DNA of 64,000 nt from a virus (lineage: Duplodnaviria > Heunggongvirae > Uroviricota > Caudoviricetes): IMG/VR virus record IMGVR_UViG_3300042934_000212; one strand, 5' to 3'. Numbering within the stretch: position 1 is the stretch's first letter; each line of letters starts with the position of its first letter. The position numbers and the translations under genes are program-made. Positions 55,128 through 64,000 of the stretch are shown here, piece by piece. Under the pieces are notes generated by a model. It worked only from the letters and a program-made list of their open reading frames with translations. It had not been told where the DNA came from and did no database searches.

Positions 55128-57596
55128 TTCGTACTGCCTCAGTTTTATAATAGACTGTATCTACAAAATTTAAGAGCTTGATAATATCATCCATCTCAAA
55201 CTCCGTCAAGTCCTGAACGGTCATTTGTTGAAAATAACCTTCTTCAGTACTGGCGAGCCTCAAGTTTTTGTAGGTTGAAATATGTTGAGGTGCACTAAAT
55301 TTCCAATTCCCACTATATCTAGTAGTGACATAATAGGTAACTGAATCATTTTTCATATCATAGTTAATATGATAATTTACACCAGATAACTTATATTTCA
55401 ATTCAATTAAATCTTCAGCGGTGCATTTAACGTCGAAGTATTCCGAATCTCCAAGTTTGAAATAGCAAGCTGGTCTACGATTGACAGTTTTATGTAAAAG
55501 ATCAATCCTCTGAACGAAACGTTCTAGAACGTCTGATAGGGGTTTCTTTACCCATCCCATTTTCCAACTCCTGTTTGAGTAGTTCTGCACCGGCAATAAA
55601 ATCAGCGTTAGTACACCAATCTTTAACTCGCTCTAACGCATTATCTTGAAAATCTTTTGGAAGGACACGATGATGGCGTACAACCCGTACAAACCAGCAT
55701 ATACTGTCCATATAAGAAGGTTCAGAATTACCTTTTTCTTTAAGAAACTCCACACAGGTCTGAATATAACGTCTGATAAGTTCGTGGTAAATTTCGTTTT
55801 CATTTGAACGTGTCCATGCATTTGTCCATGTTTTATAAATCTCAAAACCAGCCTTAAAAATATATTCTTCTGGAACATACCCTGACCATTTATCATTGAG
55901 ATAAACACAATATTCCGAAACTGCTGGGTGCCAGTGTATGTAAGTTTCAGTCCAAGTTACATTGTCACTATGTCGTAAATTATCAATATAATACGCTATA
56001 AAGTGGTCTTTTAAATCTGGATCGTCTTTATACATCAGTTAGCTCCGAAATCTTCCATATCTTCAGTACTGGATTGTGTTTCAACAATCTCGATACCATC
56101 AGGATTATAATCAGGTGCATCTTCATTCCAGTATTTTTCTGGCATGTCTTCAGTGCAACCATGATTATCAATTTTAAATTCGATTTCAATACCGCGTTCT
56201 TTTAGAATACGATTAACTGTATCAAGTACATAGTCAGCGGAATCCCACACGGAACGACAATATTCCATATCTTCGTCACAAACATTAAAAGTTACTTTAG
56301 TACTCATTACCAATTTCCTTCTCTATAACGGTCAATATACGCACGTTCACGTTCTGCTTCAGCAGCCCAACTTGCATCTGATACAGCTTTACTATGTGCA
56401 TCTTCTACTTTCTTATAATCGGTGTACTTTACGTATTCACCATTTACATCAGGCATTAGTTCGCCATCAATTAGATCGTAACGCTGTACTGTCATTATTC
56501 AGTCCTATAATTTTCATCTTGGAAGTAGTTTTCAGTTTCATGCCATGAGCAACCAATCTCACAATCTCCTTCATGCACTGACCATTGAATGCCGTGTAAG
56601 ATATTACCTTGGAGTACATAAGATTCTCCCCAAGTTATTTCAGAACCAATATTAAGACTTTCAATGAACCGACATACTTCATATTCAAGATCGCACTGGT
56701 CGCCAGCAGGTAGTACTAGACATATAGTTTTTTGTTTAGTTGCTTTTGGATATTGATAGAAGCCATGTCCAGACACTTCTTCATAAAGCTGACGCATAAC
56801 ACGACGAATACCGTCTTGGCGGTTTTTAAATTCTTCTTCAGTCTCAATATCCCATACACCATCTTTTAGACGTGGAGTACGCATAGCAAATGAATGATCG
56901 TAACGCATACACATACTATCAATTAGTCGTGGATCGGGCTGTTGTGGTAGATTTGGTTTCATTTTAATCCTCAATACGGGTTTTATATATTCTATACATA
57001 TTATCCATAAATTCAGATACATCTGTATATTCAAAGGCAGAACAATCTTGAACTGTCATTTGCTGGAAGTGCATTTCTTCACTGTTAATAGTACTGAAGT
57101 TTTCGATTGTCCAAACTCTCTTAGGATAACTATCTCGAATATACAGCTTGTCTTCTTCCATACTATATATGAGTATTCCAACAAGAGTATGAATCATGGT
57201 AATATTAACTTGTATCACCCAATTACCATTTTCTTTAGTAATATATTCAGTACTGGTATAAACTAAGCTACCTGTTACACTTTCATTGTATTCACTTAAC
57301 ATACTCATAGTATGTAACTCATGAGTTCAGCCATTTCTTCAGATGAATAATGGATATAGTGTTTAGTGTATTGTTGGAAATGGAAATCCTCGGATACCAA
57401 CTTTGAAGCATGATAAAATAGAAAATGTTCATTGGCAAGCCAGTCACGAATATAAAGAAAATCCGTAAGAGTGTTGTACATAATAACAAGTTCGGTATCA
57501 GTTTCTTCAAATGAGACACGAAGATTAATATAGTTCCTGTCCAGCTTCTTTTCATAAGAATTGGCTTTTAGTTGTTTCATTACGTCTTCGAAATTA

Positions 57597-58394
57597 CTAA
57601 GCTTGTCCATTTAGGGAATCCACAATAGAAGGAATATCACATGCATAAAATCCAGCACAATTAATGTTGTTAATTTCTAGTACTGAGAATCCGTCATCAG
57701 TTTCAGCGAAGTCCATTACAAATGCCGGTGCTGGTGTCCATAGTTTACAAAGTTCTTCAGCTTTTTCAATAATAATATCTGGTACAACAGGATTAGTACA
57801 AAACTGTCCACGTACTTTATAAAGTGATTGTGCAACCACCTTACTATTAACAATAAAGAGACGGTATTCTGATAGTATTTCTACTGCTTCAGATACTAAA
57901 ATTTCAAGTTCAGGATCACCAACACTCTTACCAAAGTTATGTAATGCATAGAAAAAATCATCTCTTTCTATTACTTTTGCAATTAATTGTTTGGTATCTC
58001 GAACTGGCCTGATAAAGATTTTATCCCAATACGGTAACTCAACCTCTCCAATTTTGAAGAAATCACAATTACCGTTAAGGAAGTTTTCAGAACCCCACTT
58101 TTGCATTTGCAATCTTATATCGAAATTAGAATTTATATAACCACCTGGGATATAACCATTCTCAACTAACTGGTTAGCAAGAGCATAACTACCAAATGAC
58201 ATAGTTGGGATCGATTTGTCGAAGTACTTTTCATATGTAGCATCGGTATAATCATCAATATCTTCAGGTACAAAGATATTAGCAAATGGTAGCGGTTTAA
58301 CTGAAGTATGAGAAATATTGTTCTGTACCATATATTCTTTCATGATACGAAACCCATCTTCGTTGAAATACTTATCCATTATTAAAAAGTGCAT
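57597..58394 (-). CDS. ATP-grasp domain protein (R2K/DUF4343-like)
   Basis: IFIRPVRDTK...EYRLFIVN...AFVMDFA...VLEINNINCAGFY. Confidence 0.8.
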   Translation of the reverse strand: MHFLIMDKYFNEDGFRIMKEYMVQNNISHTSVKPLPFANIFVPEDIDDYTDATYEKYFDKSIPTMSFGSYALANQLVENGYIPGGYINSNFDIRLQMQKWGSENFLNGNCDFFKIGEVELPYWDKIFIRPVRDTKQLIAKVIERDDFFYALHNFGKSVGDPELEILVSEAVEILSEYRLFIVNSKVVAQSLYKVRGQFCTNPVVPDIIIEKAEELCKLWTPAPAFVMDFAETDDGFSVLEINNINCAGFYACDIPSIVDSLNGQA

Positions 58395-58454
58395 GGTTCA
58401 CTCATTGTTATTGAATAGAAATGAAAAAACCAGCAATTTGCTGGTTTAAATAAT

Positions 58455-58576
58455 TGGTCGGGAATGGTGGACTCGAACCACCTCTAACGGCTCCATATGC
58501 AATAGTATTGGTTGCTGTGAAATTCCAGTAGCTGGAATCTTTTATTACGTCGTGCAAACCCTGACACTAATTCCCG
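58455..58576 (-). ncRNA. tRNA-Pro-like RNA with CAGCA-stem module inserted in the anticodon arm
   Basis: CGGGAAT/ATTCCCG-ACCA; ACG...GATTCCAG-CTA-CTGGAATT-TCACAGCAA...GC-ATATGGA-GCCGT; T-arm GGTGGTTCGAGTCCACC. Confidence 0.75.
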
Positions 58577-58596
58577 ATAAAAGTACCGTAGTACTT

Positions 58597-58861
58597 TGGT
58601 AGTCATTCTGTTTCTCGGCTGACCTGCCTCAGAATAATTTCGATACAGCTTATGCTGTGATTGTATTGAGCTTACTGGATTTTGAGTCGCAGTATCGACC
58701 TGTGTATCAGACCACGCACGGAAGTGCGTTATCCATAGCTATATTACAGCTAATTTGTTATTAAATCGGACGGCTTTGGGTGTTTCGGGGTTACTCGTTT
58801 GTGAATCCTACTACTAACCCTTTTTCGGATTGATATTCACCTAAGAGCGTACTCACCGCCA
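58597..58861 (-). ncRNA. Candidate ~265-nt structured RNA
   Basis: ORF-free and GC-elevated; ends pair (TGGCGGT/ACTACCA); several hairpins. Confidence 0.4.
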
Positions 58862-58867
58862 ATTTAA

Positions 58868-59203
58868 TTAAAAGTTGTTATGACGCAGATTGCGTCTTTC
58901 AAGATATTCAATGAAAGTACTTACAGTACCAATAACTTCAGGTTCCCATTGATCTTCAAGACCGTAACAAGAACAATGACCACCGTGAACTTCATAGTAC
59001 TGTTCATCTTCGGTATTGTAATAGATTACAAGTGCACGACCTGAATAGTCTTCGTAATCGTAAAAGGCATAGACAAATTCAAGATTGTCTAGTTCAGACT
59101 CAGGGATTCCGAATTGACCTGCAATATCGCTTGGTGATTGAAATAGTTCGTTGAATACTACTGGAAATCGTTCTTTAATTTTGTATAATTCTTCGTTAGT
59201 CAT
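58868..59203 (-). CDS. Hypothetical phage protein
   Basis: YEDYSG...EVHGGHCSCYGLEDQWEPE; start moved to avoid overlap with tRNA-Thr. Confidence 0.75.
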   Translation of the reverse strand: MTNEELYKIKERFPVVFNELFQSPSDIAGQFGIPESELDNLEFVYAFYDYEDYSGRALVIYYNTEDEQYYEVHGGHCSCYGLEDQWEPEVIGTVSTFIEYLERRNLRHNNF

Positions 59204-59223
59204 TAGACATTCCTTGTTATTAG

Positions 59224-59296
59224 TGCTCCAAGCAGGATTTGAACCCACGGCTTCCTCATTACAAGTGAGGCACTCTACCAACTGAGTTATTGGAGC
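59224..59296 (-). tRNA. tRNA-Thr(UGU)
   Basis: CCTCA-CTTGTAA-TGAGG; tail CTA. Confidence 0.9.
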
Positions 59297-59342
59297 AGGT
59301 GGTACATTTTATTTATCAATATAAAACATACCGAAAAGATTG

Positions 59343-59547
59343 TGCTGATGAAGTAAAGCAACCAGGCAACAATACAACCAAGCAACTATGCAATCGAGTA
59401 TTACCGTTTCCACAACCAAGCAAGATATAGTATCTATTAAGTATATGACGGAGCAAACTCTTTTTTTATAATTACGTTAGCGTAATTGACCATTAATCGT
59501 TTTGGGATTAATTATCATACTGACATTCGTCAGCATCTTCATCAGCA
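59343..59547 (-). ncRNA. Structured RNA with 8-nt-periodic TTG repeats, closed by an 11-bp stem
   Basis: TGCTGATGAAG/CTTCATCAGCA; TTGCATAG-TTGCTTGG-TTGTATTG-TTGCCTGG-TTGCTTTA. Confidence 0.55.
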
Positions 59548-59625
59548 AGTTAAACTAGCAACCACCTCAACCGCCGGTTGACATAATTACTAATCTAACG
59601 CAAGCCCTCTAGGGGAACTTAATTA

Positions 59626-60204
59626 TTAAAGTACTTGTAGTACTTTAAATAACTCTTTGTACTTGTCATCAACATCGATTTCAAGTTTGTTGTTAATGTA
59701 AGCAAGCTTATCACTAACGGTTTCTTGTTCACGCTTCAACTGAACGTACTGTTCATTGAACGCGTTGTGATCATCTGCACTTAGGCCGTTGATTTGGATG
59801 TACGAATCGCGATACTCGCTAGTACTTTCCTGTGCATCTTTCACCTGACGCTGAATCATTGCAAGACGTTCTGCGTCGGTTGTTTCTTCAACACGTGAGA
59901 AACCAGAAAGGACACGCATTTTATTCTCAATCTTAACTTTATCATTAAGAAGGGAATCAATCGAAATACCGTCGATGACGGTTGAATTTGCCACTTGTAA
60001 AGCTTCGCGGATTGCACTAATCGCATCAACTACATCAAGGGTTTGTTTAACCGATTCTGCATTAATTGCTGTTACTGCTGCGAAGGTATCTGCAACTTCT
60101 TCTTCTGTTGCTGAACGGTGTACATTCTTACGGGTACTACCAATTCGTAGGTTACCTTGTAATTCTTTAACAAGGCGGTGTGCTTTACGTAGGGTCAACT
60201 TCAT
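59626..60204 (-). CDS. Long alpha-helical hairpin / coiled-coil protein
   Basis: MKLTLRKAHRLVKELQ...ISAIREALQVANS...LKREQETVSDKLAYINNK; own promoter. Confidence 0.75.
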   Translation of the reverse strand: MKLTLRKAHRLVKELQGNLRIGSTRKNVHRSATEEEVADTFAAVTAINAESVKQTLDVVDAISAIREALQVANSTVIDGISIDSLLNDKVKIENKMRVLSGFSRVEETTDAERLAMIQRQVKDAQESTSEYRDSYIQINGLSADDHNAFNEQYVQLKREQETVSDKLAYINNKLEIDVDDKYKELFKVLQVL

Positions 60205-60244
60205 CGTGATTCTCCAATTTTTGTCTCTTTGTGTTCATGACTAT

Positions 60245-60273
60245 ATTATACCACAAAAGATTTTATTGTTTCA
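60245..60273 (-). promoter_or_regulatory. Phage promoter TGAAAC-N17-TATAAT
   Basis: Upstream of the coiled-coil gene. Confidence 0.7.
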
Positions 60274-60877
60274 TTTTTCTCAATTAAAATTGGGTGATTT
60301 ATTTCACCCAAGTCTTACTTATTCAGACCGTGCTAAAGTCTCTAGCTCATCGAAGAATTTGTTGTTCATTCCGATAAGATCAGCGAACCAGAACACACCA
60401 CCTTCACTTTGAGTAATAGGTAGTTCATTTACTGCTGCGTATAGCAACTCTGCTTTGGTAATATCACAACGAGTCCAAGTTCCGATAGTGTAACCAGTAA
60501 GAATACTGAAGTCACCACGACAGTCATCAGCTAGCTTTTCACATAGGTATACCATGTTTATTTCATCATCTTGTAGATAACGAAGTTTAGTATTCACGGT
60601 ATTGATGTAAGATACTAGATTGTAATTTGCATCAGTAGTTACTACGAAGCGATCTTGGTCACCATCTTTTACTACTTTAAAATCAAGAGTACAGTCTAGT
60701 GCTTTAACAACTTCCTTCATTAGATATAGTTCATATCCATGATATACAGTTGATTCACCAGATTTATCGAACACCCGAATAGAAACTCCGTGGTCTTCTT
60801 TTACTGTTTCAAACTTATCGTTACCTTCTAGGAAAGCTTCGATGTTATTAATAATTTCTTGTACTTCTGTTAGCATT

Positions 60878-61783
60878 TTATAGTCCTTTAATATATTCTA
60901 GTACTTCAATCCATGATGGGAACTGCTCAGTTCCGAAATGCACGAAATGTCCTTCAAATGATTCACAGTTAGCTTTATGCTTACGGTCATCGATAAGAAC
61001 ATCTCCACGTAGACAACCTTTGTCTGACGTAATAATAACTTTAGCTAGTAACTCAGGTAAGTGCTCTGATAGCCAGTGTTTCTTTTCTGAATCAGCAAGT
61101 AAGTTGTGTGTTGGAGTTTTAGTTGCAATCCAAACATCGTGACCCATATTTATTAGCTCACGGACGGCTTCAATTGCCCCTTCAATCGGATCAAGACGGA
61201 TGTATGTACCTGGCATCATCTTGACTTCTTTAGGGTTACGCCCCTTAAGGTTCTTTTCAAAATCTGCAATAACACCATCCATATCAACATATATACGTAA
61301 TGGTTTGAATTCTACTACTTCATGATATACACGCTGTGCATGTGGGTATTCATGTCCATTTTCACAGATGGTTGGTCCTACTGGATTACGTGCACAATTA
61401 ACACCTTCAGCGTCACAAACTGGACAGTACCCTAGTACGTTTTTAATCATAATTTTTATCATTTCCGATTTTGTGAATAATCCAACAAACCAAGAATCTT
61501 CATCTTCTTCAGTATTTCGCATATACAAATAAATCTTAGTGGCTAAATCCAGCCATGAATCTATTTTGTTTCTAATACTATAAGTAGATCTTAGTACTGC
61601 TAAGTTTTCACGATGGCTTTTATCTTCAAAGGTATAATCTTTAAGGTATTGATCAATTTCTTCTAATTTATTTTCACCAATCATCGTCATAATGTATTCT
61701 ATCATTTGACGAGCTTTTTTACGGTCATCCATTACTCTCATCCTCTGGTGGACGAGGATTAAACATTGGCGGAATAATACCAC
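60878..61783 (-). CDS. 5'(3')-deoxyribonucleotidase (NT5C, HAD) with N-terminal extension and Zn-ribbon-like motif
   Basis: IYVDMDGVIADF...EKKHWLSEH...DKG...GDVLIDD; CPVC...CENGH. Confidence 0.85.
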   Translation of the reverse strand: MVLFRQCLILVHQRMRVMDDRKKARQMIEYIMTMIGENKLEEIDQYLKDYTFEDKSHRENLAVLRSTYSIRNKIDSWLDLATKIYLYMRNTEEDEDSWFVGLFTKSEMIKIMIKNVLGYCPVCDAEGVNCARNPVGPTICENGHEYPHAQRVYHEVVEFKPLRIYVDMDGVIADFEKNLKGRNPKEVKMMPGTYIRLDPIEGAIEAVRELINMGHDVWIATKTPTHNLLADSEKKHWLSEHLPELLAKVIITSDKGCLRGDVLIDDRKHKANCESFEGHFVHFGTEQFPSWIEVLEYIKGL

Positions 61784-62369
61784 GAGGTTTTACGCCTTTG
61801 CTAATATCACTTCGAATCCAGTCATGTTGCCGAACTTCTTTACTAAACTCACCAAACTGGTATTCATTAAGCTGTACTAATTTAGATTCAGGATAAATGA
61901 AAACATATCCCCGATCCCAATCAGTACCTTTGTATGCACCAGTTACTGGTGTGCTAGGACGTGGACCCATTGTTAAAAAGGTTTTACTAGCTGGAATAAC
62001 AACTTCCATATCAAGATCGTATCTTAGAAGTTGTTCTATTAATTCTTGTACTGTCATCATTTCACCATTGGTTTTCACATTCAATAAAACCCAAGGATTC
62101 GATGAATTGTGTCAGTATACTAATAATAGTATTAAGTTTTTCTTCAACTTCTGGTGTTACTTTGATGTAAAAATAATTATCGTTTAATTGTAAATCTATA
62201 CACGTTTCTATACGTATATTAAACTGTTTAAGATAATTACAAAATTCTGTATATCTTGATGTAGATTCTAATTTTTCTGCATATTCAATTGAGCTAATAC
62301 GAACATCAATTAATTGAATTTCATTAAATCCAAATGTACTCATGTAAATCTCCAAATAAAAAAGACGCC

Positions 62370-62843
62370 TTAAGCGTCTTCTTTTTCTAAAATTGTTTCA
62401 TCCCAAATCAGTGCATGTTTAGACCAGAATTCATTTGCTTCATGGGCTTCTTCATACTCAAGTTTAGGATCATGCACTTCTTTAGTTGCCAGACCACCAA
62501 TATAAGCAGTCAGTAACGTATAGCCATAGTTTTCACTATTTGGAGTACGTTTCATAATAACAACTACAGTACTGCAAGGTTCTGCTTGACGATTCATTAC
62601 GAAGCGTGTCGGATATTTGCGACCTAAACGCGTAGCATAACGGAATTGATCATTAATGTGTACCTGTACGCAAGTACTGTGTCCGATTACGTGGTCGAAC
62701 TGCACGGCTAATTTAATAAATGGTGCATCATTAGTATCGATGCGACTCATGGCTTCTTCCAGATGTTCTGTAACATCGGCATGTACCTTGAGGTGATATT
62801 TGCTGTAATAAACCCTGTGACCATCTTTAGTAATTAATTTCAT
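62370..62843 (-). CDS. Hypothetical phage protein
   Basis: 157-aa ORF with LLTAYIG...FWSKHAL. Confidence 0.7.
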   Translation of the reverse strand: MKLITKDGHRVYYSKYHLKVHADVTEHLEEAMSRIDTNDAPFIKLAVQFDHVIGHSTCVQVHINDQFRYATRLGRKYPTRFVMNRQAEPCSTVVVIMKRTPNSENYGYTLLTAYIGGLATKEVHDPKLEYEEAHEANEFWSKHALIWDETILEKEDA

Positions 62844-62912
62844 AGAAAAAGCCCTAATGATTTCAATAGGGCTATTCTACAGGCACGGTCATGGGAAGTC
62901 AATATAAATTTG

Positions 62913-62982
62913 CGAGATCACACGGAATCGAACCGAAGACTGCCGAGGACTATCGACCATTATTCCACTTAACTATAATCTC
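62913..62982 (-). pseudogene. Degenerate tRNA-like gene (6-nt anticodon loop)
   Basis: Acceptor, D and T arms recognisable; GTCGA-TAGTCC-TCGGC. Confidence 0.55.
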
Positions 62983-62988
62983 AATTTG

Positions 62989-63059
62989 CAGGAGATGTAG
63001 GAATCGAACCCACCTGGACGGATTTGGAATCCGCTGCCTGACCAATCGGCAAATCTCCT
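62989..63059 (-). tRNA. tRNA-Trp(CCA)
   Basis: GCGGA-TTCCAAA-TCCGT; tail CAA. Confidence 0.88.
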
Positions 63060-63116
63060 AATCGAGAGAGGGGGGAAGTACTATTAGGTACTAACAAAGT
63101 CCTCTCTCTGTGTTAC

Positions 63117-64000
63117 TTATTTACCGTCAAACATTGATTCGATAACATCTGGAGTTTCAGTTTTTACAAACTTAGCATGTAGATGATAATCACCGAATGT
63201 ACGGGAAACTGTGATACTAGAGTTAGTTACTAGAGTATCAGCTTTATCGAACTCAAGAGTGAAGAAGTATTCAAGTTCTTTTACTGCAACTTCTTCAGTA
63301 TCTTCATCTTCAGAATCTGTTGTAGAAGGTGCTGAAATTGCAACTTCTTCGTCTTCATCATACCAGTCAGTCTGATGTAGACGTGCACCTAGTGCAGCTA
63401 GCTCTTTCAAGCGTGTACCTTCATCAGCATAGACGTATGCACGAAGTTGTTCGTACTTAGCCATGAATGAGAAAGTAGTGAAGTTGTTGGTGTATTCTTC
63501 ATCGAACTTGAATGGAACACCATTCAAAGATAGTTCAGATAGAACGAATGCATTACCTTCACGTGCTTCAACTTCTACGTTTAGTTCTTTAAACGTTTCA
63601 GTAAAGGTTTGAGTTGGGTAACGGTTAAGTTCTTCAACCAAACACTGAATAATGTCAAAGCTTAGAGTTTCAGCCACATCCCATAGTGTTTCGAACTGTG
63701 GAATGAAATTCTTGTTAACCAACTTGTCATTTAGAAGATCTAGCATAACAGGTTTAGCTAGTTTCTTGTACTCGAAGTGGTAGAAGATACGGCTTGGACG
63801 GTTACATAGGAACTCGGAAACCTGACGTTTGTTAGAGGTTAGGATGTACAACTTGTTGTACGAACCAGTACCGTCTAGTAGAGTTAGGATTGATTCCTGG
63901 TGCTCACGCTCAATATATACCTTTTCGAACTCATCAAAAAGAATTAGTGCTTTGTCTTCAATTGCTTTGATGAAGTTGATGAAATTACCACAGGTGTAAC
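63117..64000 (-). CDS. AAA+ ATPase (5' part outside window)
   Basis: Frame open to window end: LILFDEFEK (Walker B)...ILTLLDG...ILTSN...NRPSRIFY. Confidence 0.8.
   Translation of the reverse strand, partial: YTCGNFINFIKAIEDKALILFDEFEKVYIEREHQESILTLLDGTGSYNKLYILTSNKRQVSEFLCNRPSRIFYHFEYKKLAKPVMLDLLNDKLVNKNFIPQFETLWDVAETLSFDIIQCLVEELNRYPTQTFTETFKELNVEVEAREGNAFVLSELSLNGVPFKFDEEYTNNFTTFSFMAKYEQLRAYVYADEGTRLKELAALGARLHQTDWYDEDEEVAISAPSTTDSEDEDTEEVAVKELEYFFTLEFDKADTLVTNSSITVSRTFGDYHLHAKFVKTETPDVIESMFDGK

Noticed and set aside
58597-58861. RNase P RNA
   Set aside because: Lacks the GAGGAAAGUCC and matching 3' P4 signatures.
11897-60412. Numerous plus-strand ORFs (e.g. 11897-12214, 34416-35000, 45078-45365, 45524-45943, 59975-60412)
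   Set aside because: Antisense shadows of minus-strand genes or tRNAs.
1-64000. Genome-wide TAG reassignment (genetic code 15)
   Set aside because: Genes tile densely under code 11, and some ORFs end at TAG where the next gene begins (e.g. 14511, 16875). Only three loci were seen with in-frame TAG.

Overview
AT-rich, densely packed, almost entirely minus-strand segment of a large lytic dsDNA phage. A phage-encoded sigma70-type factor, many small ORFans and dispersed tRNA genes suggest an enterobacterial jumbo myovirus of the RaK2/GAP32/121Q/BF type (inference). It holds about 28 canonical-looking tRNA genes (no Val seen) and many non-canonical tRNA-like or structured RNAs. Recognisable genes include Acb2 anti-CBASS, a solo HicA, a YadA-type autotransporter, a C5 DNA methyltransferase, two Pth2-like proteins, an HD protein, an ATP-grasp, two receiver-fold proteins, an ART-like protein, a kinase-like protein, NT5C and an AAA ATPase. 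Two candidate systems stand out. (1) A localized amber-readthrough module: a non-canonical CUA-anticodon tRNA behind its own promoter, plus three loci with one in-frame TAG each (Pth2-like gene codon 4, the coupled HD gene codon 47, and an ML*KFSTGPP leader overlapping a downstream start). (2) Thirteen RNA elements sharing a GAAUC/GAUUC stem followed by a CAGCA motif, in three topologies: mini hairpins, some displaying anticodon loops; circularly permuted Y-RNA-like tRNA mimics; and tRNAs carrying the module inserted in the anticodon stem. A ~560-nt structured RNA, an 8-nt-periodic RNA, a phage-specific promoter (TGAAAC-N17-TATAAT) and strong AGTACT enrichment are also seen. Most of the small hypothetical ORFs are not listed individually.
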